From a virus: DNA of 64,000 nt. The translations under genes were made by a program, and so were the position numbers. Below are positions 1 to 10,135 of this stretch, piece by piece; within the stretch, counting starts at the first letter, position 1; every line of letters begins with the position of its first letter. The DNA lies in IMG/VR virus record IMGVR_UViG_3300045988_150584, one strand, 5' to 3'. The notes beneath the pieces were generated by a model. That model was not told where the DNA came from and ran no database searches. It was given only the letters and a program-made list of their open reading frames with translations.

Positions 1-2768
1 CGCACAGCATTGATAAATACAAGGCTGAGTGCCGAAGTATTCTTCTTGCCGCAAAGCATATCGAATATAGCGATGAAGACAGTTTTGACTTGACTTATAA
101 GAGTTATGATGAACTGGTTGAGATGTTCAGAAAACAAAACGCTCTTCCAGAAAGTCTATATCTTGAGGCAATCGAAAACACAAACCGTATGGCTGATTCT
201 GTCGAAAGTTTTGATTTGGACTTATCTTTTAAGTATCCAAAGCTTTATGGCAGCAGAGACAAGGAAGTATTTGTAGAGCGAATTAAGAGCGGGCTTGAAA
301 CCAAGCTTTTGTCTGGCGCTATTTCAAAAGAGCAGCTTCCTAACTTCAAGTCGGCTATTGCTGAAGAATGCCGAGTGTTTGACAAAATCGACATGTCAGG
401 ATTCATGCTGTTTATGTCAGAGCTTGTTACATGGTGCAAGTCAAACGGCATTCCTGTTGGGTTCAACCGTGGCTCATGTGGCGGATCTCGTGTGGCCTAC
501 GTTACCGATATTACAGACTTAAATCCAGAGACCTGGCATACAGTATTCTCTCGTTTCTGTAATGAAGATCGTAAGGAAATCGGTGATATTGATATCGACG
601 TCTCCCCGTCTGACAGAGACCGAGTGTATGAGTACATTATCAATCGTTTTGGGCAGGATAAAACCGCGTTTATTCTTGCTGTTGGCACGATTAAGTCCAA
701 GGGTTGTATTGATGAGATTTGCCGTGCGCTTGGTGTTCGGTGGAACAAAGAGCATCAACACGACTTGAAAGACCTGAAAGCGGTACTTAAATCACTGAAA
801 GATCTAAATGTCGAAATTCTATTTGGTGATGCAAGAGATGGTAATGTGACCTATTACTTCGATAAGGAGAATGGGAATCAGCTTATTTTCCAGAGCAGAT
901 TAAGTAATACGCCAAGATCGGAGTTAATCAAGTATTACACCAAGGAATACGACAAGCTCAAAGCAGAAAACGAAAAGATTTTTGAAAAGAATCCGTGGAC
1001 TGGAAAAATCAACAGCGTTATTAAGCAGGAGTTTGAAGCAGATCAGGAGGCGGCGAGAAAAAAGTATTCTGAGGTGTTTTACTACTACGATGGTCTTCTC
1101 GATACTGCAATCTCTCAGTCGATGCACCCAGCGGGCATTGTAGCGAGTCCAATCACTTTGGCGGATCATTATGGCACATTTGAAGATGCAGATGGGCATG
1201 TGTTACTTCAGATTGATATGGAGTGTGTGCATGAGGTAAGCCTTGTTAAATACGATATTCTTGGTTTGAAGAATATTGAGATTATCAAGGATGCGTATGA
1301 CTTAATTGGACTTCCGTATCCAAAGTCGCATGAGATTAACTGGTCTGATGAAGCCGTATGGAAAGATATGCTTCGCTCGCCTGTTGGGGTGTTCCAGTTT
1401 GAAGGAGATTTCGCACATTCCATGTTGAGGCAGTATGTTCCTCATAGCATCTTTGACATGTCGTTGATTACTGCAGCATTAAGACCGTCCGGTGCTTCTT
1501 ATCGTGATGATTTGATGCAACATAAGCCGCACAAGAATCCGTCAGCAATTATCGACGATCTTCTGAAAGACAATAACGGATATTTGATCTATCAGGAGGA
1601 TGTTATTAAGTTCTTGCAACAGATTTGCGGCTTTTCTGGTTCTGACGCAGATAACACGCGCCGTGCTATTGGTCGTAAGGATGAAGAGCGTTTGAAAAAA
1701 GCGCTTCCTCAGATTCTTGAGGGATATTGTGAAAAGTCAACGCAGCCGCGTAACATTGCGGAGCAGGAAGCAAAAGAGTTCCTACAAATTATCGAAGACG
1801 CTTCCAGCTATATGTTCGGTTATAATCATTCAATCGGTTATTGTATGATTGGCTATTTGTGTGCCTATCTCCGTTATTATTATCCGTTTGAGTTCATCAC
1901 TGCATATTTGAACAATGCAAATAACGAGGATGATATTAAAAACGGAAGCGCACTTGCCGAACTGTATGGAATTCAGATTGTTCCTCCGAGGTTTGGCTTG
2001 TCAAAAGACAAGTATCTGTTTGATAAGAAGTCTCAGGTAATTGCTAAGGGCATTGAGTCTATCAAATACATGAACAGCACTGTGGCGAATGAGTTGTACG
2101 AAATCTCTCAAAAGCATAAGCCAAATACTTTCATGGAGCTGCTGTGTCTAATGGCGGTTGAAAGCTCGTTAGATACGAGACAAAGAGATATCCTTATCAA
2201 GATTGACTACTTTAGAGATTTTGGTAATATCCCAGAGCTAAGCAGAATCGTCAGTTTCTTCTCATTCTTCAAAAATGGCACAGCAAAGCGAGTTCAGAAA
2301 GATAAGCTGAGCGATGAAATGATTAAGCTGGTTTCTCAGTATGGCACAGATAAAAACAAAGACGGAACATCTGGTAAATCATTTGTGATTACAGATATTG
2401 GCGGTTTGCTTGTAGCCTGTGAGAAAGCTGTAAAATCACTGAATCTCCCCGATGTTGATTTGAAAAATAAGATTCAGACGCAGCTTGAGCTTATGGGGTA
2501 TATTGATCTGACAACAAAAAAGCCAGAAGATCGCCGTAAGCTTCTGATTACGGATGTGTTTCCCTTTGTAAGCAAAAAGGATAATAACATCTGGGGATAT
2601 GCAGTTCAAACAAGGTCAATCGGTAGTGGCAAGGCTGCGCGGCTTACTATTCGTAGCTACCGATATAAAAAGAATCCTATTAAGAGATTCGATATTATTC
2701 AGGCAAAAGAGTTAGGAAAAAACAAGAGTGGGTATTGGTATTTGCTCGATTACGAACTAATTGCCTAA
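1..2768 (+). CDS. dnaE: DNA polymerase III alpha subunit (DnaE-type), 5' end cut by window edge
   Basis: Frame is open from nt 3 to the stop at 2768, so the TTG at 90 is only the ORF-caller start. Motifs GFNRGSCGGSRVAY, GDIDIDV and SMHPAGIVASP match Pol III alpha palm/fingers. The N-terminal PHP domain is not in the window. Confidence 0.85.
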   Translation, partial: HSIDKYKAECRSILLAAKHIEYSDEDSFDLTYKSYDELVEMFRKQNALPESLYLEAIENTNRMADSVESFDLDLSFKYPKLYGSRDKEVFVERIKSGLETKLLSGAISKEQLPNFKSAIAEECRVFDKIDMSGFMLFMSELVTWCKSNGIPVGFNRGSCGGSRVAYVTDITDLNPETWHTVFSRFCNEDRKEIGDIDIDVSPSDRDRVYEYIINRFGQDKTAFILAVGTIKSKGCIDEICRALGVRWNKEHQHDLKDLKAVLKSLKDLNVEILFGDARDGNVTYYFDKENGNQLIFQSRLSNTPRSELIKYYTKEYDKLKAENEKIFEKNPWTGKINSVIKQEFEADQEAARKKYSEVFYYYDGLLDTAISQSMHPAGIVASPITLADHYGTFEDADGHVLLQIDMECVHEVSLVKYDILGLKNIEIIKDAYDLIGLPYPKSHEINWSDEAVWKDMLRSPVGVFQFEGDFAHSMLRQYVPHSIFDMSLITAALRPSGASYRDDLMQHKPHKNPSAIIDDLLKDNNGYLIYQEDVIKFLQQICGFSGSDADNTRRAIGRKDEERLKKALPQILEGYCEKSTQPRNIAEQEAKEFLQIIEDASSYMFGYNHSIGYCMIGYLCAYLRYYYPFEFITAYLNNANNEDDIKNGSALAELYGIQIVPPRFGLSKDKYLFDKKSQVIAKGIESIKYMNSTVANELYEISQKHKPNTFMELLCLMAVESSLDTRQRDILIKIDYFRDFGNIPELSRIVSFFSFFKNGTAKRVQKDKLSDEMIKLVSQYGTDKNKDGTSGKSFVITDIGGLLVACEKAVKSLNLPDVDLKNKIQTQLELMGYIDLTTKKPEDRRKLLITDVFPFVSKKDNNIWGYAVQTRSIGSGKAARLTIRSYRYKKNPIKRFDIIQAKELGKNKSGYWYLLDYELIA

Positions 2769-2789
2769 ACAAGAAAGGACGTAACGAAC

Positions 2790-3476
2790 ATGTGTGGTAA
2801 ACACTTAGCAAAACGCAAAAAAAATCACGCACCGCTGGTTGCTGTACTTGCAATCTGCGCTATCGTGGCTGTTGTTATTACAGAAGTGATAAGCTGTTCT
2901 CAGGACGCAAAGGCGTATGAGTTTTATGATTCGTACAGTTATCCAGTGACTACATCATATGTAACTCCGTCGAAAGAAATTGTTGTAGACAACACGGAAG
3001 AATTTGATGTTAAAGCTGAGGACATTGAGTATGTCGATGTTGAATTTGCAGATTTGGTTATAAGCGAACCAGAACCAGTTGTCGAATCAGAGCCGCAGTA
3101 TTCGGAAGAAGATCTTGATTTACTTGCGAGGTTGATGACGGCAGAAATGGGAAGCGAATGGGTTTCGGATGAGGTGCAGTTATATGTCGGCAGCGTACCA
3201 CTTAACAGAATGAAGAGCGATGCTTTTCCAGGTGAGACATTATACGATGTGATTTATCAAGAAGGTCAATACTCCCCGACTTGGACTGGCGCAATTAACA
3301 ACACACCAGATGAACGCACGATTGAAAATGCCAAGAAACTTCTAACAGAAGGTAGCGTTTTGCCAGAAAATGTTGTGTTCCAAGCGAATTTTAAGCAAGG
3401 CGATGGTGTTTACTATGAATACTATGATGAGATCCTTGGCACAACCACTTATTTTTGCTACTTAGGAAATAGTTAA
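2790..3476 (+). CDS. SleB/CwlJ-family cell-wall hydrolase with N-terminal membrane anchor
   Basis: Hydrophobic N-terminal segment LVAVLAICAIVAVVI. C-terminal LLARLMTAEMG..VPLNRMKSDAFP..LYDVIYQEGQYSP resembles the Hydrolase_2 (SleB-like) signature. Confidence 0.7.
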   Translation: MCGKHLAKRKKNHAPLVAVLAICAIVAVVITEVISCSQDAKAYEFYDSYSYPVTTSYVTPSKEIVVDNTEEFDVKAEDIEYVDVEFADLVISEPEPVVESEPQYSEEDLDLLARLMTAEMGSEWVSDEVQLYVGSVPLNRMKSDAFPGETLYDVIYQEGQYSPTWTGAINNTPDERTIENAKKLLTEGSVLPENVVFQANFKQGDGVYYEYYDEILGTTTYFCYLGNS

Positions 3477-3495
3477 ACAATCGGAGGAATGAAGA

Positions 3496-4500
3496 TTGAA
3501 GATTGTAAAACCAAATGCTGAACTTATGTTTGCCCCCAATAATGATCTTTTTGCATTAAAGCACTTAGAGTCAGTCGGGAGAACATGCTATAAGAGCGAA
3601 AACAATATTACCGATGATTCGTGTATCAATTTTGTTTCCGGAATTATTAAGCGTGGACATGAAGCCGTTATTGAACACTATTCTTTCATCTATGAGCTGA
3701 ATGATGTGAGCTTGGACAGTCTTGAGTTTTTAATTAAAAATCTGTCTGATAATGGATTCAATAGTTACCTTCGTATTACATACGATAAGCGTCCGGTTGT
3801 TTCTGGAAATGTGAGAGCATGGAGAGAACTTTTCAAGTGGGCGACAAAGCTTGGATACCGTATTCCTGGATATATGAAGTCATTTGTATATGCGTATCCT
3901 TTGTTTTTCCCAGAATACAAAGACTCGTTGTTTTCAACAGAGGTAGATGAAGATTATGTGTTTACACCATTGAGTGTAGCTGGTTTGCATGGCGATATCG
4001 AGCTGCTGACGCATGTTGATATCACAGCTCGTCTTACAAACGACCGTGGCGTGTCTCACGAGGAAGTCCGCCATCGCCCAGCGAGTTTTGCGCAGGAAAG
4101 TACACGATACTGCAACTATTCTAAGGACAAATTTGACAATACGATTTCCTATATTGATCTTTTTGGCGGTATGGAGCTTGATAACAAGGTCAAAGGAATG
4201 TCTGCAAATGAAAAATCTGCAATTTATGATGAATGGGTATCGGCCTGTGAAGATGCAGAGCGTCACTACTTCAAAATGCTTGAGCTTGGGGCAACTCCGC
4301 AGATTGCTCGTTCCGTGCTAAATAACTCTACAAAAACAGAAATTTGCATTACGATGAATCTTGCTGAATGGAGGCACTTCTTTACCTTGCGACTCTCACC
4401 GGCAGCGCATCCGCAAATGCGTGAAGTAGCGTCTATGCTACTTGATCGGTTTGATACGGAATTTCCTCAGTATCATAAATATGTTGGGGTGAGCGAATGA
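3496..4500 (+). CDS. thyX: Flavin-dependent thymidylate synthase ThyX
   Basis: TTG start 7 nt after GGAGGA. ThyX signature RHRPASFAQESTRY (RHRxxSxxxxSxR). Confidence 0.8.
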   Translation: MKIVKPNAELMFAPNNDLFALKHLESVGRTCYKSENNITDDSCINFVSGIIKRGHEAVIEHYSFIYELNDVSLDSLEFLIKNLSDNGFNSYLRITYDKRPVVSGNVRAWRELFKWATKLGYRIPGYMKSFVYAYPLFFPEYKDSLFSTEVDEDYVFTPLSVAGLHGDIELLTHVDITARLTNDRGVSHEEVRHRPASFAQESTRYCNYSKDKFDNTISYIDLFGGMELDNKVKGMSANEKSAIYDEWVSACEDAERHYFKMLELGATPQIARSVLNNSTKTEICITMNLAEWRHFFTLRLSPAAHPQMREVASMLLDRFDTEFPQYHKYVGVSE

Positions 4501-5027
4501 AAGTGATTTGTATTTCTGGTAAAGCGCAACACGGGAAAGATACATCTGCAAATTTACTTCGTGAGGAATTAGTTAATCAATGTCAAAGCGTCCTTGTAAC
4601 GCACTATGCCGATTTGCTGAAGTACATCTGCCGTAATTTCTTTGATTGGGACGGAAAGAAAGACGATGCTGGTCGCAAGCTTTTACAGTATGTTGGGACG
4701 GATGTGGTTCGTCAGAAGCGTCCGGATTTCTGGGTGAGTTTTCTCGTCAATGTACTCGATCTGTTTCCAGATGAATGGGATTATGTTTTAATTCCGGATT
4801 GTCGTTTCCCAAACGAAATTGAGGCTATGAGAAACGCTGGCTTTGATGTAACGCATTTACGAATTGTGCGACCAAATTTTAATAGTCCACTCACAGTGGA
4901 GCAACAGCAGCATCCGTCAGAAACAGCGCTTGATAGCTACCATGCAGATTATGTGATTTGCAACGATGGTACAATCTCAGATCTAAAACGCAAACTATCA
5001 AATTGGCTTGGAGGTGAACAGCATTAA
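4497..5027 (+). CDS. P-loop deoxynucleoside-monophosphate kinase-like protein
   Basis: ATGA overlap with thyX. Walker A ISGKAQHGKDT at the N-terminus. Size and layout resemble phage dNMP kinases. Confidence 0.55.
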   Translation: MKVICISGKAQHGKDTSANLLREELVNQCQSVLVTHYADLLKYICRNFFDWDGKKDDAGRKLLQYVGTDVVRQKRPDFWVSFLVNVLDLFPDEWDYVLIPDCRFPNEIEAMRNAGFDVTHLRIVRPNFNSPLTVEQQQHPSETALDSYHADYVICNDGTISDLKRKLSNWLGGEQH

Positions 5028-5583
5028 GCGTTTGACAATTCTTATTGATATGGACGATGTGTTAGAAAACCTTGTTGAATGTTGGGTTGCTGCGCTGAAC
5101 CGAAAACACGGAACTACGGTTAAGCCAGAAGATATCACAAACTGGCTGATCGGTGAATTCTTCCCGTCTCTTACAAAAGAAGAACTGTTTGCCCCTTTGA
5201 ATGATCCAGCATTCTGGGGAAATCTTTCTCCTATGCCGTTCGCACAGGATGTTATTTGCCGGCTGATTGACGATGGACATTTGGTTCGGGTTGTAACTTC
5301 GTCTTACTACAACACCGTTCCGCCAAAGATGACTTGGCTATTTAAGCATTATCCGTACCTATGTTGGAAAGATGTCATTATTGCACATGACAAGAAACTT
5401 ATTAACGGTGACGTTCTGATTGATGACGGCGTTCACAATCTCGAAAACGCAAAATACAAAAAGCTTCTTTTTGATCAGCCGCACAACAGAAGCTATAACG
5501 CAGAAGAAAATGGCATGATTCGTGTTCACGATTGGAACGAGATTTACCGTGCTATTTGCGAAATCGCAGGAGGCGAAGAATGA
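5008..5583 (+). CDS. 5'(3')-deoxyribonucleotidase (NT5C / HAD family)
   Basis: HAD motif I ILIDMDDVLENL near the N-terminus and about 190 aa. The start (TTG 5008) is uncertain. Confidence 0.6.
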   Translation: MEVNSIKRLTILIDMDDVLENLVECWVAALNRKHGTTVKPEDITNWLIGEFFPSLTKEELFAPLNDPAFWGNLSPMPFAQDVICRLIDDGHLVRVVTSSYYNTVPPKMTWLFKHYPYLCWKDVIIAHDKKLINGDVLIDDGVHNLENAKYKKLLFDQPHNRSYNAEENGMIRVHDWNEIYRAICEIAGGEE

Positions 5584-7880
5584 TTACAGAAATTCGGAAA
5601 AGAGACGGTCGTATTGAACCGTTTGATGCAAGTAAAATTGCCAATGCAATTACAAAGGCGATGGTATCTGTCGATGAAGTCGATGGCGATGTAGCTTTGC
5701 GCGTTACAAGCAAAATCTCAAATTCTAACCTTTCTGGAGTTGTTGATGTTGAGCAGATTCAGGACATGGTTGAAGACGGTTTGATGGGAAGCCGCTGTAA
5801 GAAGACTGCGAAAGCTTACATCAAGTATCGTGAGAAACGCAATCAGGAGCGCCAGAAGAACAACGAACTGAATAAGCAGATTGAAGATATCCTCTTGTGC
5901 AACAATGTTCAAAACCAGAACGCAAATGTCGATGAGCATTCGTTTGGCGGCAGAAAATTTGAAAGCGCAAATGTACTCCACAAAAATATTGCAATGAATG
6001 TGTTTGTACGACCTGAGGTTGCGCAGGCTCATAGGGAGTCGAGAATCTATCTGCACGATTTGTCAGAGTACGATATTGGAGATCATAACTGCCTATTTGC
6101 AGATCTTGGACGATTGCTCCATAACGGCTTTGCCACAAGAAATGGTGATGTTCGCCCAGCAAACAGCTTTTCTACGGCCTGCCAGCTTATCGCTGTTATT
6201 TTCCAGATTCAGAGTCAGGTTCAGTTTGGCGGAGTCGCATCTTGCCATATTGACTATGATCTTGCTCCGTTTGTGAAAAAGAGTTTTGTCAAAAAGTATG
6301 TCATGGCTCTTGTAAAAGCAAGCGCAGAATTTGGAGAAACTGACTTTTCTATTATGACAGATGAAGAGCTTGATGATTTTATCAAGAAAATCAAGCCTGT
6401 AATTTTAGAGCGCGTCGGTTTATCCGAAAGCGATATTTATATCGACAACAAGGCGAACCTTGATCCTGTTATGTACAATCAGGCGTATTTTGACTTGATG
6501 TGTGAGGGCAAACAGTCGGCACAAAGCTTGTATCACAATCTGAACACATTGGAAAGCCGCGCGGGATCTCAGATTCCGTTTACATCAATCAATTTTGGTA
6601 CGGACACATCGACAGAGGGCAAGCTCGTTTCAAAGTGGCTTATGGCTGCAAGTCTTGATGGTATTGGCAAATATCACCTCACACCAATTTTCCCAATCAG
6701 TATCTTCAAGTACAAAAACGGTGTGAACGCTCATAATGGTGATCCGAACTACGATATCAAAAAGCTTGCCATTAAGTCACTGAGCAGAAGAATTTATCCC
6801 AATATTGTCAACTGCAATTTCTCAGGAAACATTGAAGAACCTGGCAATCCAGATACGGAGATGGCAACAATGGGTTGTAGAACGATGATGGGATATGACA
6901 GAAATGGGCTTGGATATTCTAAACTTGGGCGCGGAAATGTTTGCCCGACTACAATCAATCTCCCGAAGCTTGGTATCAAACATGGTATTTGTCTTGGCGA
7001 GCGTGATACCGCTGATTTAGACGGATTCTGGGAAGAGCTTGACGAAGTGCTACATCTTACAGAAATGTCCCTTGTAGACCGATTCTATCATGTGTGCAAA
7101 CAGTCCGTTGCCTCTGCAAAGTTTATGTATGGCAATGGAACGATCGCAGATTATGATAAGGCTTCTTATAAGGGCATTTACGAAGCGATGAAGCATGGAA
7201 CTCTCGCCGTTGGCTATATCGGTATTGCAGAGATGTGTCAGGCGCTTTTTGGAAAAGATCATTCTGAAGATGATGAGGTCTGGAAGTTTGCATTGAGCGT
7301 CGTAAAACACATTTATGATTTTTGCGTAGAGGCAAGCGAAAAGCACGGGCTGAACTTCTCATGCTATGCTACGCCGGCAGAAAATCTGTGCCGCACTTAT
7401 GCTACTGCTTTGAAAAAGGAATTCGGTGTAATTCCGAAAGTAACAGATCGTGAGTATATCACAAATTCTCACCATGTTCCCGTTTGGCAGAAGGTATCTA
7501 TCTACAGAAAGCTTGAATTGGAAGCTCCGTTCTGCAAGTATCCGACTGGCGGCTGCATTACCTATATCGAACTGGAAAGCTCGATTATGAAGAACGAAAG
7601 GGCTGTTGAAGATATCATTGACTACGCTATGTCGCTTGATATTCCGTATCTTGCATTTAACTTCCCGATTGACTCATGCCTCAAGTGTGGGTATCAGGGT
7701 GAGATTGGATATAACTGCCCCAAGTGCGGCAATACGGAAATTCAGCGTCTTCGTCGAGTTACCGGATATCTTACGACAGATTACCGTAATTTCAATGCTG
7801 GAAAAATCAAAGAATGCCTTGATCGAGTTAAGCACAGCAACTATACAGACTTCAATCAAATGAAGGATGATGCTGAGTGA
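5580..7880 (+). CDS. nrdD: Anaerobic ribonucleoside-triphosphate reductase (class III) NrdD
   Basis: ATG at 5580 follows AGGAGG. N-terminal ATP-cone (MITEIRKRDGRIEPFDASKI). C-terminal Zn ribbon CLKCG..CPKCG and glycyl-radical motif RRVTGYL. Confidence 0.9.
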   Translation: MITEIRKRDGRIEPFDASKIANAITKAMVSVDEVDGDVALRVTSKISNSNLSGVVDVEQIQDMVEDGLMGSRCKKTAKAYIKYREKRNQERQKNNELNKQIEDILLCNNVQNQNANVDEHSFGGRKFESANVLHKNIAMNVFVRPEVAQAHRESRIYLHDLSEYDIGDHNCLFADLGRLLHNGFATRNGDVRPANSFSTACQLIAVIFQIQSQVQFGGVASCHIDYDLAPFVKKSFVKKYVMALVKASAEFGETDFSIMTDEELDDFIKKIKPVILERVGLSESDIYIDNKANLDPVMYNQAYFDLMCEGKQSAQSLYHNLNTLESRAGSQIPFTSINFGTDTSTEGKLVSKWLMAASLDGIGKYHLTPIFPISIFKYKNGVNAHNGDPNYDIKKLAIKSLSRRIYPNIVNCNFSGNIEEPGNPDTEMATMGCRTMMGYDRNGLGYSKLGRGNVCPTTINLPKLGIKHGICLGERDTADLDGFWEELDEVLHLTEMSLVDRFYHVCKQSVASAKFMYGNGTIADYDKASYKGIYEAMKHGTLAVGYIGIAEMCQALFGKDHSEDDEVWKFALSVVKHIYDFCVEASEKHGLNFSCYATPAENLCRTYATALKKEFGVIPKVTDREYITNSHHVPVWQKVSIYRKLELEAPFCKYPTGGCITYIELESSIMKNERAVEDIIDYAMSLDIPYLAFNFPIDSCLKCGYQGEIGYNCPKCGNTEIQRLRRVTGYLTTDYRNFNAGKIKECLDRVKHSNYTDFNQMKDDAE

Positions 7881-8410
7881 ATGTATCTGGCATTAACTTT
7901 GAATCCATAGCGGATGGTGATGGTGTTCGGGTTGTGGTGTATATTAGCGGCTGTTTGCACAACTGCAAGGGATGCCACAATCCAACATCCCACTCTTTCA
8001 TGGCTGGCAGACCTTTTACAGAAGAGCTGCAGCGTGAGGTTATAGAGTACATCAAGAAAACACCATTTATTTCTGGATTAACATTAAGCGGTGGAGATCC
8101 TATGTATTCTGCAAGTGAGCTTGTGCCGTTTGTGACAGCTTTGAAAGAGGATATAAAAGATATCTCCGTGTGGATTTACTCAGGATTTAGCTATGAAAAA
8201 ATACTGGAAAACAGTGAAATGCTAAGTCTTTTATCATTGTGTGATGTGCTTGTTGATGGAGAGTTCATTCTTGAGCAGAGAGATATGACGCTTTGCTATA
8301 AAGGAAGCTCAAATCAAAGAATCATTGACATTCCCAAATCGCTCTCATCTGGAGAGATTATTCTATGGAAAAGCGAGGTAGTCGCAGTTGAACAGAATTG
8401 CAAAGTTTGA
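7877..8410 (+). CDS. nrdG: Anaerobic RNR activating radical-SAM protein NrdG
   Basis: GTGA overlap with the nrdD stop. Radical-SAM CxxxCxxC cluster (CLHNCKGCHNP). Confidence 0.85.
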   Translation: MNVSGINFESIADGDGVRVVVYISGCLHNCKGCHNPTSHSFMAGRPFTEELQREVIEYIKKTPFISGLTLSGGDPMYSASELVPFVTALKEDIKDISVWIYSGFSYEKILENSEMLSLLSLCDVLVDGEFILEQRDMTLCYKGSSNQRIIDIPKSLSSGEIILWKSEVVAVEQNCKV

Positions 8411-8927
8411 AAAGGTGAGCAAGCAGCAGTTCGCGGAAGCTATGCTTAACACCTTTGGAAATATTTTTACAGCAAACATTGATGATGTATCGCTCCCTGT
8501 CCGTGCGACCTCTGGATCGGCAGGATATGATTTTGTCAGCCCAATTTCATTTGAACTTGCCGCTGGTGAGTCAATCAAAGTCCCAACTGGTATCCGTGTT
8601 AATATCCGAGAAGGCTGGTGGCTCGCTATTGTTCCTCGTAGTAGCCTTGGCTTCAAGTATCGGATGCAGCTTGATAATACCGTTGGTGTAGTCGATAGCG
8701 ATTATTACCATTCAGATAATGAGGGACATATTTTCGTGAAAATTACAAATGACAGCCGCGATGGAAAGTCACTTGTGGTAAACGCGGGTGATAAATTCGC
8801 GCAGGCCATTTTTCTTCCTTATGGCATTACATATGACGATGCAGCAAGTGGGATTAGAAATGGCGGTTTTGGATCTACGAATACTCCCCATGTAATTGAG
8901 TTTGGACAGGCAGAAAAGGTCGGCTAA
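8388..8927 (+). CDS. dut: dUTP diphosphatase
   Basis: RATSGSAGYDF motif and an FEKVSKQQF-type N-terminus as in Firmicutes/phage dUTPases. TTG start 7 nt after GAGGTA. Confidence 0.8.
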   Translation: MNRIAKFEKVSKQQFAEAMLNTFGNIFTANIDDVSLPVRATSGSAGYDFVSPISFELAAGESIKVPTGIRVNIREGWWLAIVPRSSLGFKYRMQLDNTVGVVDSDYYHSDNEGHIFVKITNDSRDGKSLVVNAGDKFAQAIFLPYGITYDDAASGIRNGGFGSTNTPHVIEFGQAEKVG

Positions 8928-8932
8928 ATAGC

Positions 8933-9706
8933 GTGGAATTAGACAGAGTTTATAATGTGGACTGTCTGATCGGAATGAGGGAGATTGCGGATGAATCTAT
9001 TGATATGATCTTTTGTGATCTCCCTTATGGGGTAACTAAGAACAAGTGGGATTCTGTTATTCCACCAGAATTGCTCTGGGCGCAATACAAAAGAATCATC
9101 AAACCAAATGGTGCAATCCTTTTGTTCGGTCAAGATAAGTTTACGGCTAAGATGATGTTGTCAAATGAAAAACTACATCGTTACAACATCATTTGGCGTA
9201 AGGTTTTGAAAAGCGGATTTCTGAATGCGAACAGAATGCCGCTACGAGAACATGAAGATATCATGGTCTTTTATAAATCGCAGCCAGTCTATAATCCACA
9301 AATGGTAAAAGGACAAAAGAATCATAGTAAAGGTAAAGCAAAGGGCGAAAATGCGGAAGATATTCTGAATAATCGCGTGTACGGTGCGTATAAAGTCGTA
9401 GAAACGACCGGAGACATGAAACACCCGTCTTCGATTTGGGAGTTTCCAAAGTCTCATCCGTCTGTTGCAATCAGCTCAACTGAGAAACCTATTGAACTAT
9501 GCAGATATGCAATTCGCACCTTTACGAATCCAGGCACAGTTGTTCTTGATAATTGTTGTGGTTGTGGTTCTATTCCGATTGCTGCAAAGCTTGAAGGACG
9601 TCATTACATAGGCATGGATAATGGCGTTTGCGATAATAAAAAGAGTAAATATTTTGGAATGCCTTGGGCTGATGTTGCAACACAGCGCTTGGCGGAAATT
9701 GCGTGA
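8933..9706 (+). CDS. Site-specific DNA methyltransferase (N6A/N4C beta-class)
   Basis: Catalytic motif FCDLPYG (DPPY-like) precedes the SAM-binding motif VLDNCCGCGS, which is the beta-class order. Confidence 0.75.
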   Translation: MELDRVYNVDCLIGMREIADESIDMIFCDLPYGVTKNKWDSVIPPELLWAQYKRIIKPNGAILLFGQDKFTAKMMLSNEKLHRYNIIWRKVLKSGFLNANRMPLREHEDIMVFYKSQPVYNPQMVKGQKNHSKGKAKGENAEDILNNRVYGAYKVVETTGDMKHPSSIWEFPKSHPSVAISSTEKPIELCRYAIRTFTNPGTVVLDNCCGCGSIPIAAKLEGRHYIGMDNGVCDNKKSKYFGMPWADVATQRLAEIA

Positions 9707-9714
9707 GGTGTGAT

Positions 9715-9888
9715 ATGTACTATTGTGTTGGCAGATGCGGTTCTGAGATTCTTGTAGAGCTTGGTTGCAACGGAGAATGTGTAGCGACTTGTGGTTACTG
9801 TCGCTGTATGCAGGGCGATGAATGTTTTGATCCTACGGAGCTTTGTGATGGCTGCTCAATGTGCAAAAGCGAGGATCGTTATGCCTAA
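9715..9888 (+). CDS. Cys-rich small protein (hypothetical)
   Basis: ATG 6 nt after GAGG. 57 aa with 12 Cys. Confidence 0.45.
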   Translation: MYYCVGRCGSEILVELGCNGECVATCGYCRCMQGDECFDPTELCDGCSMCKSEDRYA

Positions 9889-10135
9889 TGAAAATTTGAA
9901 CTTAGTTCCAGCAATTCGCGCGATTGAAGAACAAATTAGCGAGCTGAATAGTGAATATGTAAAGAAGATTACACCATACAAAGAGAGTTTAGCTAAGCTC
10001 AAAGAAATCAATACAGCTTGCGAAACATGCTGTGGAACAGGAAAAGTGTTTAGGCGTTCATGCGCAGAAGACGAGGGAGACTACTATACATGTCCAGACT
10101 GTAAGGGTTCTGGCAAATGTGCAGATCATGTTTAA
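9881..10135 (+). CDS. Small protein with DnaJ-type CxxCxGxG zinc-finger repeats
   Basis: In-frame ATG at 9881 overlaps the upstream stop. Motifs CETCCGTGKV and CPDCKGSGKC. Confidence 0.5.
   Translation: MPNENLNLVPAIRAIEEQISELNSEYVKKITPYKESLAKLKEINTACETCCGTGKVFRRSCAEDEGDYYTCPDCKGSGKCADHV

Noticed and set aside
5580-7880. Intein or intron in nrdD or dnaE (common in phage nucleotide-metabolism genes)
   Set aside because: Both ORFs are continuous and of ordinary length. I saw no endonuclease (LAGLIDADG/HNH/GIY-YIG) insertion by eye.
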